DNA of 64,000 nucleotides from Lentisphaerota bacterium. GTDB taxonomy: Bacteria; Verrucomicrobiota; Kiritimatiellia; UBA8416; JAUUYL01. The notes beneath the pieces were generated by a model. The model worked only from the letters and a program-made list of their open reading frames with translations, was not told where the DNA came from and searched no databases. The stretch's first letter is position 1; each line of letters begins with the position of its first letter. A program made the translations under genes and the position numbers. Location: NCBI GenBank assembly GCA_030590485.1, contig JAUUYL010000003.1:6977-70976 (forward strand), in the 5' to 3' direction. Shown here piece by piece: positions 28,419-38,970 of the stretch.

Positions 28419-29345
28419 TTAAAGCAATGTCCTGACAACCTTAGTCCACACCGGCGCTTCCGAATCATTTTGCACACGCTCAGCAATATCGCACGCGTGT
28501 TTCTCGTCTCGCGCCAATCCAAAGACCGACGCACCACTGCCAGACACAAGAACTCCGATTGCACCCGCCTTTTCAATGTCTTCTGCTACAATCTCAATTA
28601 ATGGATATTTCGTAAAAACTGTCTCCTGCAGCCCATTAAACATGCATTGAGAGACTTTGTCCACGTCCCCTTCCTTTAAACAGGAACACATACTACTAAA
28701 GGGAATTGCCTCAGAAGTCAAGCCCGAGCTGCAACGGGTATATATATCCTTTGTGGAGACCTCAAACTGCGGATTAACCAATACAAGCCATATTTCTTCT
28801 AAACCATTGGTGCTAAGCGCACTAACCCTTTCTCCTGCGCCTTCTATCACCACCATTCCGCCATGAATCAAACTGGGAATATCGCTACCCAATTCAGCGC
28901 CAATAGCCATAAGTTCCTCGAGCGGCAAATTCAATGCCCAAAGGTCGTTCAATGCTCGTAAAACTGCGGCCGCATCAGAACTGCCGCCGCCAAGCCCTCC
29001 GCCAATCGGTATATTCTTCTCAAGATTAACTTTTACACCACCCTGACAACCGGTCTTGTCGCGCAACAAACGTGCCGCTTCGGTCACCAGATTGCCCTCG
29101 GAATCCTCCACACAATCCCCTCCAATATCTTTAAGACACGGTGACGGTGTGGTGATTGTCTCTATACGCCCATCTTCGGTGGCTTCGATGTTTAATATAT
29201 CGCACAGAGAGACCGGAACTACCACGCTTCTTATCTCGTGATATCCGTCATCTCTCTCACTCAGCACCTCAAGGTACAAATTGACCTTTGCAGGAGCCTC
29301 AACAACAATGGTTTTTTTTCCAGACATGAGGGGCGCAAATACCAC
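28419..29345 (-). CDS. ispE: 4-diphosphocytidyl-2-C-methyl-D-erythritol kinase
   Basis: It has GHMP kinase motifs (PAKVNLYL near the N-terminus; Gly-rich PIGGGLGGGSSDAAA). Confidence 0.85.
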   Translation of the reverse strand: MVFAPLMSGKKTIVVEAPAKVNLYLEVLSERDDGYHEIRSVVVPVSLCDILNIEATEDGRIETITTPSPCLKDIGGDCVEDSEGNLVTEAARLLRDKTGCQGGVKVNLEKNIPIGGGLGGGSSDAAAVLRALNDLWALNLPLEELMAIGAELGSDIPSLIHGGMVVIEGAGERVSALSTNGLEEIWLVLVNPQFEVSTKDIYTRCSSGLTSEAIPFSSMCSCLKEGDVDKVSQCMFNGLQETVFTKYPLIEIVAEDIEKAGAIGVLVSGSGASVFGLARDEKHACDIAERVQNDSEAPVWTKVVRTLL

Positions 29346-29505
29346 ACCGAACCAATGGTGTCAATGCTTTATTATAGACAATAGGCGATTGGTGATTGTA
29401 GTATTAAATGTCGCAGGTGTAAAAAGGAGCGTTCCAAGCCAAGGTGCGCTTTCTTTCTATCAGTGTATCTGCTTAACAATAAGTGCAATAAAAACGGAGT
29501 ATATA

Positions 29506-30897
29506 ATGAGCAATAAAAGAACAGATGTCGCAAGGATGACTTTTTGCTTTATCACATTGCTGGCAACGTGTCTTCTGACGACTGGTTGCGGTTCAATTCG
29601 TTTTTCAACCTCGCTCCGCACAGATCCAACAATAAAAAATATGCAGGTTGCGGACGGTGTGAAGTTCTCAATCCGTCAATATACAGCAAATCAGCACAAG
29701 AAAAGAACTTCTCGCATATTTCTCTTTGATCCAATAGATATTGCGCCCATCACCAGCGTCTCGCAAGTGGACTTATCTAATCATGCCACACAGGTTTATC
29801 CACGCTTGTTTGGTGATAATTTTACCGATCTTCCTCTTTCTCTTATTGTCTCTGGCAAATCCTCGAGCTTTGTGCTGGGCGAATGGTTACAATGCCTTAC
29901 GTTTGCAACAGTTCCATTCCCTTCATGGGCCCATGTTAACTGCAAGGTTCATGTTACGGCTCAAGGAAACCATGGCTACGTAGTTAATAGAGCGGAACAC
30001 TTTAAGCAGAATTTCAGTTGGTGGCGATCCGTTTATACGCCTCTGGGCATATTACCTATTCCTGGATTCTCCGATGCAAGAGATACCTCTTTCGGTATAA
30101 TGGGCTATGTTTCCTTCGGCAATAATTGCGCTGGCTATAATAAGAATGCATTAACCATGGACTCTCTGATAGAGGCTGTCGCCCAATGCGTCAAACAGGC
30201 TGACCCTGCAAAGTTAAAGGCTGCATATGAAAGCCGTAAAGCAAGACTTCGGCAGATTGAGATCCATGGACAGACTTATTGGTCCTTTATGGGGCTTGGT
30301 TACGCCAAGGGTAAAGATGAGCCTGCGGAAGCCCGCGTCTTGCTTTATCGCAAATACCCTACATGGGAAATGAAGCCTATTGATAAAGTCGTCATTGCAA
30401 GAAAGCGGATATCAAACGACAAATGGGAAGCTGTAACCAATTATTTCGGGAATATACAGGCAATAGCAACTGCGACTGCGCTTATAGTTGACGAGAACCC
30501 TGTAAAAGCTGTCATTCAAGAGGTCGATAAGCCAGCGCTGGAAGACTGCTTCAGAACGCCTTCACGTTTAGCAGGTGCATGGGGCGCCCGTTACCTGCGA
30601 TGGAATAACGATGCATTGCTGGAAGCAAAAAACCGTACTCTGCCTGACTTCGTTCAAAAACGAAGCGAGCAGGATCTGCTAGACTTGATAATAGCGGCGG
30701 AGAAGGAAATATTGAAAATCAGTGAGCTGGCAGAAAGCGCCAAGAACCGTGCCCAGCGAATTGTTGGACTGGGCGGCAACCCTGAAGCAAGTCGGCAAAT
30801 GTCTGTCGTATGTCGTCAGCGTATTGAAATTATCAAGGTTGTCCTCAGAAGCTTGAGACAAGGCCTCTCTGCAAGACAACGTGCATCTGCGGAATAA
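29506..30897 (+). CDS. hypothetical lipoprotein (463 aa)
   Basis: A signal peptide with lipobox LLTTGC follows ATG 29506, and an RBS-like GGAG sits 8 nt upstream. I recognised no family. The track ORF starts further upstream at 29281, probably non-coding leader. Confidence 0.5.
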   Translation: MSNKRTDVARMTFCFITLLATCLLTTGCGSIRFSTSLRTDPTIKNMQVADGVKFSIRQYTANQHKKRTSRIFLFDPIDIAPITSVSQVDLSNHATQVYPRLFGDNFTDLPLSLIVSGKSSSFVLGEWLQCLTFATVPFPSWAHVNCKVHVTAQGNHGYVVNRAEHFKQNFSWWRSVYTPLGILPIPGFSDARDTSFGIMGYVSFGNNCAGYNKNALTMDSLIEAVAQCVKQADPAKLKAAYESRKARLRQIEIHGQTYWSFMGLGYAKGKDEPAEARVLLYRKYPTWEMKPIDKVVIARKRISNDKWEAVTNYFGNIQAIATATALIVDENPVKAVIQEVDKPALEDCFRTPSRLAGAWGARYLRWNNDALLEAKNRTLPDFVQKRSEQDLLDLIIAAEKEILKISELAESAKNRAQRIVGLGGNPEASRQMSVVCRQRIEIIKVVLRSLRQGLSARQRASAE

Positions 30898-30899
30898 AC

Positions 30900-32036
30900 A
30901 TGAGCAAAATAATATCTACCGCCAAAACAGAGTCCTGTCATAATGTCCGCTGTCTGCTGCTTATTGTAATCACAACGTTTCTATTTCTTGCGCCTTGTCT
31001 TACAAAAGCACAGACGCCATCTTGCGCTTGTTGCGGCCAACGTCACGGAGCAGGGCATGCAGTCAATTGCAGATATTACCAGGGTGCATCGTCATCTGGA
31101 AACGCAAGCTCAAGCGACCCGGTTTTACAAGCCTTACAAGGTATTCTTGACGGCGGATTTAGTCAGCCAACAGGACCCAGCGCCGCAGAACTTCACAGAC
31201 TCAAACAACAAAGATTGGAACAGGAGCGGCGCAGACAGGAAAAAGAACGACGCAGGCAGGTAGCCCTGCGCCAAGCGCGCATTAGAGAGGGACAATTAAT
31301 GCGAACATCAATGGAACAAAGTGACGCAGATATATCTTCTTCTTTATCAGGAGTATTCGACAGCGAACTCGGAGAAGGTGGCAGTGATTTCTTCGGGGAG
31401 CCTATAGAAAATACCGCCGCCGCTGTTTGCAAATCAAACGATCCTGCGGGCATTACATCCCAAACAGCTGATCATATTTCTTCTCTGAGTGATGTCCAGC
31501 TGGATCAGGAGATAGAAGTGGTTATAAGAACATTGAAACAAATAGGTAAAGATTCCCAAAGAAATATCACGGAATTAAACGAATGGGCAAAGATCAGCCA
31601 CGATGCACAGGTCAGCGCACTGAAATCGAGTGTCGATCTTTTTCTGGACGCAACCACTGATAAGCTGAAAAGTTCTAGCTCTGCCGATCACCGCAAGTTC
31701 GCCAAAAGAGCCAATAATATTCGCAGCAAGATTGAAGATTTGGAGAATCTTGGCGAGACAGCGTCTCAACAGGAAGAAAAGAAGCTATACGAAGCCATAA
31801 AAAAGCTGGTAAAGGAAAATGAGATCATTGCTGAGGCAAATAATATCCCTGTCGTTCGCCTCGCATCCTTCTCGATTGACTATACTTATGACGCATCCAG
31901 ATGGTGGGTAGCACGAAAGCAGATCCTCTCCATCACTGACAATCTGGATAAACCGGGCGGTGTCCTTGAAGCGCAGAAAATGCTGATCACGCGTCACAAG
32001 CAACTTATTGCCGAACGAAATCGCAGAAAAGATTAG
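30900..32036 (+). CDS. hypothetical secreted coiled-coil protein (378 aa)
   Basis: It starts 3 nt after the previous gene. It has a signal-peptide-like hydrophobic segment, a Cys cluster (CACCGQRHGAGHAVNC), a highly charged R/E/Q helix (LKQQRLEQERRRQEKERRRQ) and a helical C-terminal half. Confidence 0.5.
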   Translation: MSKIISTAKTESCHNVRCLLLIVITTFLFLAPCLTKAQTPSCACCGQRHGAGHAVNCRYYQGASSSGNASSSDPVLQALQGILDGGFSQPTGPSAAELHRLKQQRLEQERRRQEKERRRQVALRQARIREGQLMRTSMEQSDADISSSLSGVFDSELGEGGSDFFGEPIENTAAAVCKSNDPAGITSQTADHISSLSDVQLDQEIEVVIRTLKQIGKDSQRNITELNEWAKISHDAQVSALKSSVDLFLDATTDKLKSSSSADHRKFAKRANNIRSKIEDLENLGETASQQEEKKLYEAIKKLVKENEIIAEANNIPVVRLASFSIDYTYDASRWWVARKQILSITDNLDKPGGVLEAQKMLITRHKQLIAERNRRKD

Positions 32037-32075
32037 TTGCACCGACTGTATCGCAGACACTGCGGGCAGGTGCAC

Positions 32076-34796
32076 TTACTGATTTGAGAGCATTTCAAGG
32101 AGGTGTTGAACTTTATCTTTCTTCTCGATCAGATCTTGCTTAAGAGTTTTCTGACGGTCGATGACATGTTGCGGTGCCTTGCTGACAAAATCTATGTTAT
32201 CAAGTTTCTTGGCGGTGCGTTCGATATCGCCATTCAATTTGTCAAGCTGACCTTCAAGTCTTTTGATCTCTGCCTCTACATCTATGATTCCTTCGATAGG
32301 CATATAAATAGCACCCAGCTCTGTCACAGCGCATGGCGTCGCCTTGTCGTGTTTAAGCCCGCCATCGATCAATAATGACTCGGCCCTGAGCAGAGCCTTA
32401 AGTGACCCCGCATCCTTTTGCATACGCTCAGCGGTAACATCACAATCCGGCTTAATCTGATAATTCATCTTCATTGATGCCGCAACGCCATAGTCCGTCT
32501 TCAAAGTTCGCGCGATTCGAATTAGATCATGCTTTTTGTCAACATACTCGACGCTCTCTGCATCAATGCCCCATTCGTCAAGCACCTTTCTGCTAATTGG
32601 CTCAGGCCACTGCGCATTCATAATAGAATCTGAATCTTCCACCAATTGACATTTTCCTTTGTATCCCATTGCATGCCAAAGTTCTTCCGTCAAAAAAGGC
32701 ATAGTCGGATGCAACAAACGCAGTATTGAGGAGAACACGTAATTCATTATGCGGCGAACAAGAACCTTGCGGTCTTCATCATCACCAAAAAGAATATTCT
32801 TCGCATATTCAAGATACCAATCGCAGTATTGATGCCACGCAAACTCGTAGAGCGTATGCGACGCATCATTAAAGCGATATTTCTCAAGGTTTTCGGTGCA
32901 TTCCGCAATAGCAACCTGAAGACGGTCGATAATATATTTGTCGTCAAAACCAAGTAAACTGGAATCTAGCCCTTCGCATAAGTCACCAAACCCGGTGACA
33001 ATGACGTCCTCCTCATTGCTTCCGTTCATCTCCATTAGACGCGCAGCATTCCAGAGTTTCGTGCCAAAGTTTCTGCCTATCTCGAACTTGTCATTGGAGA
33101 GAAATACATCTTGTCCTGTAGCGGTAATCATCATCAGACTGTAGCGAAGCGCGTCAGCACTGAATTCGTCTATTATAGTAATCGGATCGATGGAATTGCC
33201 AAGACTCTTGCTCATCTTAAGGCCTTTATCATCCCTGACGGTTCCGTGAATATAAACTTTCGAGAACGGAATATCATCCATGAACTCCAAGCCGGCCATT
33301 ACCATCCTGGCAACCCAGAAGAAAATGATCTCAGACGCAGTCACAAGGTCATGCGTGGGATAGTAAAATTTTAAATCATCATTGTTTTCCGGCCAGCCGA
33401 AGGTGCTAAACGGCCAGAGCCACGACGAGAACCATGTGTCGAGAACATCCTCATCCTGCCGGATGCCGGCATCTCCGCATTTGGAGCACTTGTCCGGAAC
33501 ACCCTTTGCCGCCCACTGATGTCCGCAGGCATCACAATAGAACACTGGTATACGATGCCCCCACCAAATCTGGCGAGATATACACCAATCCCGAATATTG
33601 TCCATCCATGACAGATAGACCTTCTCCCATCGTGCTGGAACAAATTCGATGTCACCGTTCTTAACTACTTCAATCGCCGGCTCAGCGAGCGGCTTCATTT
33701 TAACAAACCATTGCGGCGACAACCTCGGCTCAACTACTGTGTCACAGCGATAGCAATGCCCGACAGAATGAGCATGCTCTTCTGTCTTCTCGACAAGACC
33801 CGCATCTTCCAGATCTTTCAGTATCTGCTTCCGGCATTCAAATCGGTCCATGCCCTCATATGGGCCTGCAGCCTCGTTCATCGTTCCATCACCGTTCATG
33901 ACATTAATCGGCTCAAGGTTGTGACGCTGCCCCATATCAAAATCATTAGGATCATGCGCAGGCGTAACCTTGACGACCCCTGTACCAAAATCAGGATCAA
34001 CGAAATCATCTTTAATGACAACCAGCTCGCGGTTAAGCACAGGAAGAATAATCTTTCGGTCAGCAAGATCCGCGTAACGCTCATCGTTCGGGTTAATCGC
34101 GACTGCCACATCGCCAAGAAGCGTCTCAGGCCTCGTGGTTGCGACAACAATATAGTCCTTTTCATTGTCGTCTGCTGCCTGTATCTCGTATTTTAGATAG
34201 TAAAGTCTTCCCGATTCGGGGGCATGTTCACTTTCTTCATCAGAAAGCGCCGTTTGACAACGCGAACACCAATTTACAATATAGTTCCCCTTGTAAATAA
34301 GCCCTTTGTTGTATAAACGGACAAACACTTCCGCAACAGCATCGCTCAATCCCTCATCCATGGTAAACCGCTCGCGTTCCCAGTCGCAGGCACAACCCAG
34401 CCGCTTGAGCTGATTGATGATTGTGCCGCCATACTCTTTACGCCATTCCCAGACTCGTTCAATAAAAGCATCCCTGCCTAGGTCTTCACGGGTCTTGCCC
34501 TCTTTCTTAAGGGCGCGTTCCACAACATTTTGAGTCGCGATTCCAGCATGATCAGTACCGGGAATCCAGACCACATTGCGCCCCTGCATCTTCCTCCATC
34601 GCACCATGATATCCTGAATCGTATTATTAAGCGCATGACCCATATGCAGGATGCCCGTAACATTCGGTGGCGGAATAACCACACAGTAGGGCTCGCCCCC
34701 TTTGCTATGGTCTGAATGAAACGTTTTATTTTCCAGCCAAAGGTTATACCACTTCTCTTCTATACTCTTAGGGTCGTAATTCTTTTCCATAATCAA
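32076..34796 (-). CDS. valS: valine--tRNA ligase
   Basis: The class I HIGH motif is PPPNVTGILHMGHA and the KMSKS motif is present (KMSKSLGN). It has a C-terminal coiled-coil and the 906-aa length fits. Confidence 0.95.
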   Translation of the reverse strand: MIMEKNYDPKSIEEKWYNLWLENKTFHSDHSKGGEPYCVVIPPPNVTGILHMGHALNNTIQDIMVRWRKMQGRNVVWIPGTDHAGIATQNVVERALKKEGKTREDLGRDAFIERVWEWRKEYGGTIINQLKRLGCACDWERERFTMDEGLSDAVAEVFVRLYNKGLIYKGNYIVNWCSRCQTALSDEESEHAPESGRLYYLKYEIQAADDNEKDYIVVATTRPETLLGDVAVAINPNDERYADLADRKIILPVLNRELVVIKDDFVDPDFGTGVVKVTPAHDPNDFDMGQRHNLEPINVMNGDGTMNEAAGPYEGMDRFECRKQILKDLEDAGLVEKTEEHAHSVGHCYRCDTVVEPRLSPQWFVKMKPLAEPAIEVVKNGDIEFVPARWEKVYLSWMDNIRDWCISRQIWWGHRIPVFYCDACGHQWAAKGVPDKCSKCGDAGIRQDEDVLDTWFSSWLWPFSTFGWPENNDDLKFYYPTHDLVTASEIIFFWVARMVMAGLEFMDDIPFSKVYIHGTVRDDKGLKMSKSLGNSIDPITIIDEFSADALRYSLMMITATGQDVFLSNDKFEIGRNFGTKLWNAARLMEMNGSNEEDVIVTGFGDLCEGLDSSLLGFDDKYIIDRLQVAIAECTENLEKYRFNDASHTLYEFAWHQYCDWYLEYAKNILFGDDEDRKVLVRRIMNYVFSSILRLLHPTMPFLTEELWHAMGYKGKCQLVEDSDSIMNAQWPEPISRKVLDEWGIDAESVEYVDKKHDLIRIARTLKTDYGVAASMKMNYQIKPDCDVTAERMQKDAGSLKALLRAESLLIDGGLKHDKATPCAVTELGAIYMPIEGIIDVEAEIKRLEGQLDKLNGDIERTAKKLDNIDFVSKAPQHVIDRQKTLKQDLIEKKDKVQHLLEMLSNQ

Positions 34797-36406
34797 CTTT
34801 CGGACGCGGCTTCTCCGCTCTTGCTCTTTTCCTCTTCCATGAACAGTTTATATTCAACGCTATCGAGTAAAGCCTCCCATGAAGCCTCTATGATATTCTC
34901 AGACACGCCAACTGTGCCCCAGCTCTGTTCACCATCAGTAGATTCAATCAATACACGAGTGTGCGCCGAGGAAGCTTCTTCCGGATCAAGAATGCGCACT
35001 CTGTAATCCGTAAGACATACGTTTGCTATCTCAGGATAAAACCGCACAAGTGCTTTTCTCAGCGCGCCATTCAGCGCGTCGACAGGACCCACCGCTTCGG
35101 CAGCTGTCTGCTCGATCTCGTCGTTAACGCGAACTTTAATGGTAGCTTCAGACACACAAGGCTCATCCTTACCGCGCTTATCCACGATTACACGAAACCC
35201 TTCCAGCTCAAAGAACGACTTATGTTCCTTCAGAACTTTCTGGATAAGGATCTTAAACGATGCGTCCGCAGCTTCGAACGCATATCCTTTACTCTCCAGA
35301 TCCTTGAGAACATCGAGTACTTCTTTCATGTCTTCCTTCGAATCCCTGAGTCCCACACCAAGCTCAACGGCCTTCATCAACACCCCGCTGCGTCCTGATA
35401 ATTCAGAGACAAGCATTCGCCGCTCGTTACCCACAAGGCCGGGTTCAATATGCTCAAACGACCTTTTGTTCTTGTTTACCGCATCAACATGAGCTCCTGC
35501 CTTATGGCTGAACGCACTGTTTCCGACGTAAGGCAGCTTGGAATTGTGTGGAAGGTTGACAAGGTCGTCCACAAAGAGCGAAAGCTCGCGCAACCGTTCC
35601 AGGCTACCCTCTTTGAGGCATTTTTTTTCCATCTTGAGCTCGAGGCTGGCGACAATGGCCAACAAGTCGGCATTGCCGCAACGTTCCCCGTAACCATTAA
35701 TCGTGCCCTGCACATGGGTTGCGCCAGCCCTCACTGCCTCGAGTGAATTGGCAACAGCAAGACCCATATCATTGTGTACGTGAATGCCGACTTGCGTATT
35801 ACACTCAGAAACAACTTTCGCCGTCATCTCGTAGATTTCATGTGACAAACAACCTCCGTTTGTGTCGCACAGCACAAGAACATCAGCACCCGCTTCTTCT
35901 GCAGCGCGCAAGGCCGCCATAGCCATTTCAGGGTCGTCCTTCAGACCATCAAAGAAATGCTCGGCATCAAAGATGACTTCCTTCCCTTTTCCCTTAAGAT
36001 AAGAAACCGTGTCAGAAATCATCGCAAGATTTTCTTCTACCGTAGTGCCCAGCACATCAGTCACGTGAAGTTTCCAGGCCTTGCCAAACACAGTTACCAC
36101 GGGTGTCTCCACCTCTATCAGGCTGGCAATATACATGTCATCCTGCACATTGGCGCCAACACGGCGAGTACTGGAGAAAGCCGCCACCTTGGAACAATCG
36201 AAATCTTTCCCCTTAATTTCTTCAAAGAATTTCATATCCTTCTCGTTAGAGCCTGCAAAGCCGCCTTCGATATAATCGAAGCCAAACTCATTGAGCCGCT
36301 CAGCAAGGCGTAACTTGCCAACACTGGAGAAAGAGATACCCTCGCCCTGCGCGCCATCGCGCAAAGTTGTGTCATATATATATATCCTCTGATTCTGATT
36401 ACTCAT
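34793..36406 (-). CDS. cimA: LeuA/CimA-family synthase, probably (R)-citramalate synthase
   Basis: The N-terminal TIM barrel carries IYDTTLRDGAQGEGISFS, with HxH motifs and a C-terminal LeuA-dimer/regulatory domain. The length of about 537 aa fits CimA. The start was set at ATG 36406. Confidence 0.75.
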   Translation of the reverse strand: MSNQNQRIYIYDTTLRDGAQGEGISFSSVGKLRLAERLNEFGFDYIEGGFAGSNEKDMKFFEEIKGKDFDCSKVAAFSSTRRVGANVQDDMYIASLIEVETPVVTVFGKAWKLHVTDVLGTTVEENLAMISDTVSYLKGKGKEVIFDAEHFFDGLKDDPEMAMAALRAAEEAGADVLVLCDTNGGCLSHEIYEMTAKVVSECNTQVGIHVHNDMGLAVANSLEAVRAGATHVQGTINGYGERCGNADLLAIVASLELKMEKKCLKEGSLERLRELSLFVDDLVNLPHNSKLPYVGNSAFSHKAGAHVDAVNKNKRSFEHIEPGLVGNERRMLVSELSGRSGVLMKAVELGVGLRDSKEDMKEVLDVLKDLESKGYAFEAADASFKILIQKVLKEHKSFFELEGFRVIVDKRGKDEPCVSEATIKVRVNDEIEQTAAEAVGPVDALNGALRKALVRFYPEIANVCLTDYRVRILDPEEASSAHTRVLIESTDGEQSWGTVGVSENIIEASWEALLDSVEYKLFMEEEKSKSGEAASES

Positions 36407-36416
36407 TCGCAACCTC

Positions 36417-37772
36417 TTAAGATTTGAAGAAAGCGTTATATAGCGAAGTAACCGCTTTCTTTCGGTCAACAGCTTTTACGCCGAACATCATACTGATTTC
36501 TGATGAGCCCTGATTAATCATCTCAATATTCACTTCAGCATTGGCAAACGCATCTGTGGCCTTCGCGGCGACACCAACAGCATAGTGCATACCCTCGCCC
36601 ACAAGCATTACAATCGCAAGCCCACGCTCTATACCAAGTTCATCAACTTCGAGTTCGGTCTTTATCCTCTGTATAACATGCTCTTCTACCTCGGGCGTCA
36701 AACCGTCTTCACGAAGAATAACTGACATATTATCAATACCCGAAGGCATATGTTCATACGAGAGGCTTTCCTCTTCAATAATCTGTAAAAGACGCCTGCC
36801 AAAACCCACCTCCCTGTTCATAAGGTATTTGCTGATATTCAACGCGCAAAACCCATCGCTACTGGCGACACCAAGAACACGGCCCATTTCGTGCTCACGC
36901 TCGAGAACTATCCTGGTTCCAGGTGCTTCCGGCTTATTGGTGTTCTTAATACATATTGGAACACCCGCATGCACAGCCGGCACAATTGCCTCATCATGCA
37001 AAACGCCAAAGCCCGCATATGCAAGCTCCCGCATCTCATGATAAGTAAGTTCTATGATGGGCTTAACGTCTGGGACAATTCCCGGATCAACAGCAAAGAC
37101 CGAATCAACATCCGTAAAGTTCTCATAGACATCCGCATGAACTGCGGCAGCAATGATTGAGCCGGTGATGTCCGAACCTCCTCGCGGAAATGTTGCAATA
37201 TCGCCCGCACTGGTATAACCGAAGAATCCCGGAAATACAGTTATATGCTCATATCCGTCAAATGCTTTGGCAAGATTCTCATTAGAGTCCGGCAAAAGCT
37301 GAGCGTTGCCAAATTCATTGCTCAACAAAAGACCTGCATCCCTTGGATCCAGATATCTTGCCTCGACACCACGGCGCCTGAATTCCGCGGCGACCAATTT
37401 GGCGCAATTATTCTCGCCAGCCGCCTTCATCGCGTCCATAAACTTACCCGCTTCGCTATGATCTCCTTCAGCAATTGCCTTTATGGAACTACCAATCTCT
37501 TCAGTTATTGATTCGGGAAGACCCAAATCTCGCTGGATTGACGCAAATCGATCGACAACAGCTTTCAACTCATCTTCGGCGCTGTTACCCGCAAGCCTGC
37601 TCTCTGCACAGGCGATAAGCATATCAGTGACCTTGATATCGTCCGAATCACGTTTGCCCGGCGCCGATACAACAACAATCCGCCTGTCAGCATCTGCCAG
37701 AACAATATCGCACACCTTGCCCACCTGAACGGCATCGGCTAGCGAACTACCACCAAATTTGCATACTTTCAT
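36417..37772 (-). CDS. lysC: aspartate kinase
   Basis: The N-terminus MKVCKFGGSSLADA is typical of aspartokinase, with C-terminal ACT domains. The start was set at ATG 37772. Confidence 0.9.
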   Translation of the reverse strand: MKVCKFGGSSLADAVQVGKVCDIVLADADRRIVVVSAPGKRDSDDIKVTDMLIACAESRLAGNSAEDELKAVVDRFASIQRDLGLPESITEEIGSSIKAIAEGDHSEAGKFMDAMKAAGENNCAKLVAAEFRRRGVEARYLDPRDAGLLLSNEFGNAQLLPDSNENLAKAFDGYEHITVFPGFFGYTSAGDIATFPRGGSDITGSIIAAAVHADVYENFTDVDSVFAVDPGIVPDVKPIIELTYHEMRELAYAGFGVLHDEAIVPAVHAGVPICIKNTNKPEAPGTRIVLEREHEMGRVLGVASSDGFCALNISKYLMNREVGFGRRLLQIIEEESLSYEHMPSGIDNMSVILREDGLTPEVEEHVIQRIKTELEVDELGIERGLAIVMLVGEGMHYAVGVAAKATDAFANAEVNIEMINQGSSEISMMFGVKAVDRKKAVTSLYNAFFKS

Positions 37773-38360
37773 CTTGACACAACCCTTTATATGTAGTGAA
37801 AAACGGTGCACTTTAATCATATCTCTTGTAAATATACAAGAAAAAAGCGTGTCTTACGCTCGGATGCTATTCTTCTACAAATAATCGGAATCACAAACTT
37901 CAGAACACTCATCTCGAACAAATCGCTCAGATCGGTCCGTTCGTAGAGGGATCGCTCTGTGAGTACAAACGGCTCAAACAACTGATTCGCAAAGAAACGA
38001 AACAGTCTCTGGCGATCATCCACGGATACACCGCAAGCCAGCATTAATTGAATATAGGCAGACCGATCCCTGCGGAGAGTTAAGCGGAAGAGAAGCCGAT
38101 GGAAACTAAGCGGCTTTTTCTACATAGTAATGATTTAGCAGACCGCCGAGTTCAGAGTGGCATTTAACATCAGAAGGCTTAGCTGGTTTATCCGGGTATT
38201 GATATGGCGTATGTTGTTGCCCAGTCCTTGATGCGGCCAGAAATATGCCATATGGCAAACCACGCCAAGCAAAAGGAGGAAACAAGCTGATCTTGAAATA
38301 GAAACTTCCTTCATAGTTTGACAAGTATGAGAAAGAAGACTAGAAAAGACGAGAATAAAT

Positions 38361-38969
38361 ATGGAAAGAACCGCATTACTTCTATTGCTGGTCGGCTATT
38401 CTTTGGCCGGATGCATAACATTCAAAACAGGGGACGAAAAAATGGCTGATGGCATTTACGCAATATTTTACACATCAAGAGGTGACATAAAAGTAAGAAT
38501 GGAATATGAGAAGGTTCCGTTGACCTGTTGTAATTTTATCGGGCTAGCCGAAGGGACGCTGGATGCAGCGAACGGTAAACCGTTTTACGACGGCTTGGTT
38601 TTCCACCGCGTCATACCTGACTTCATGATACAAGGCGGCTGCCCGCTTGGAACGGGTACGGGCGGACCGGGATACAAGTTTGCAGACGAGATTGATCCTT
38701 CCCTGAAACATACAAGTCCGGGAATGCTGTCCATGGCGAATGCAGGACCGGGAACCAATGGAAGCCAGTTTTTTATCACGCATGCCCCCTGCCCTCATCT
38801 TGATGGCAAACACGCCGTGTTCGGTCAGGTCGAAAAAGGACAGGACGTTGTCGACGCTATCAAGCAAGGAGATACGATCGATAAACTGACTATTCTTCGT
38901 GTGGGCGATAAGGCAAAGGCGTTCCAAACAGACCAGGCAGCGTTTGATAAGTATCAATCCGAACTGTAA
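38361..38969 (+). CDS. cyclophilin-type peptidyl-prolyl cis-trans isomerase, lipoprotein
   Basis: The cyclophilin core reads [31 protein letters not shown] signal peptide with lipobox SLAGC is present. Confidence 0.9.
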   Translation: MERTALLLLLVGYSLAGCITFKTGDEKMADGIYAIFYTSRGDIKVRMEYEKVPLTCCNFIGLAEGTLDAANGKPFYDGLVFHRVIPDFMIQGGCPLGTGTGGPGYKFADEIDPSLKHTSPGMLSMANAGPGTNGSQFFITHAPCPHLDGKHAVFGQVEKGQDVVDAIKQGDTIDKLTILRVGDKAKAFQTDQAAFDKYQSEL

Positions 38970-38970
38970 T

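Noticed and set aside
28334-28576. 80-aa minus-strand ORF overlapping tRNA-Gln
   Set aside because: It overlaps the tRNA-Gln gene and the ispE 3' end, so it is an ORF-finder artefact.
33711-34196. 161-aa plus-strand ORF
   Set aside because: It is antisense to valS.
37817-38324. Two small minus-strand ORFs (75 and 72 aa) in the lysC leader
   Set aside because: They have no RBS or homology. The region is more likely a regulatory leader.
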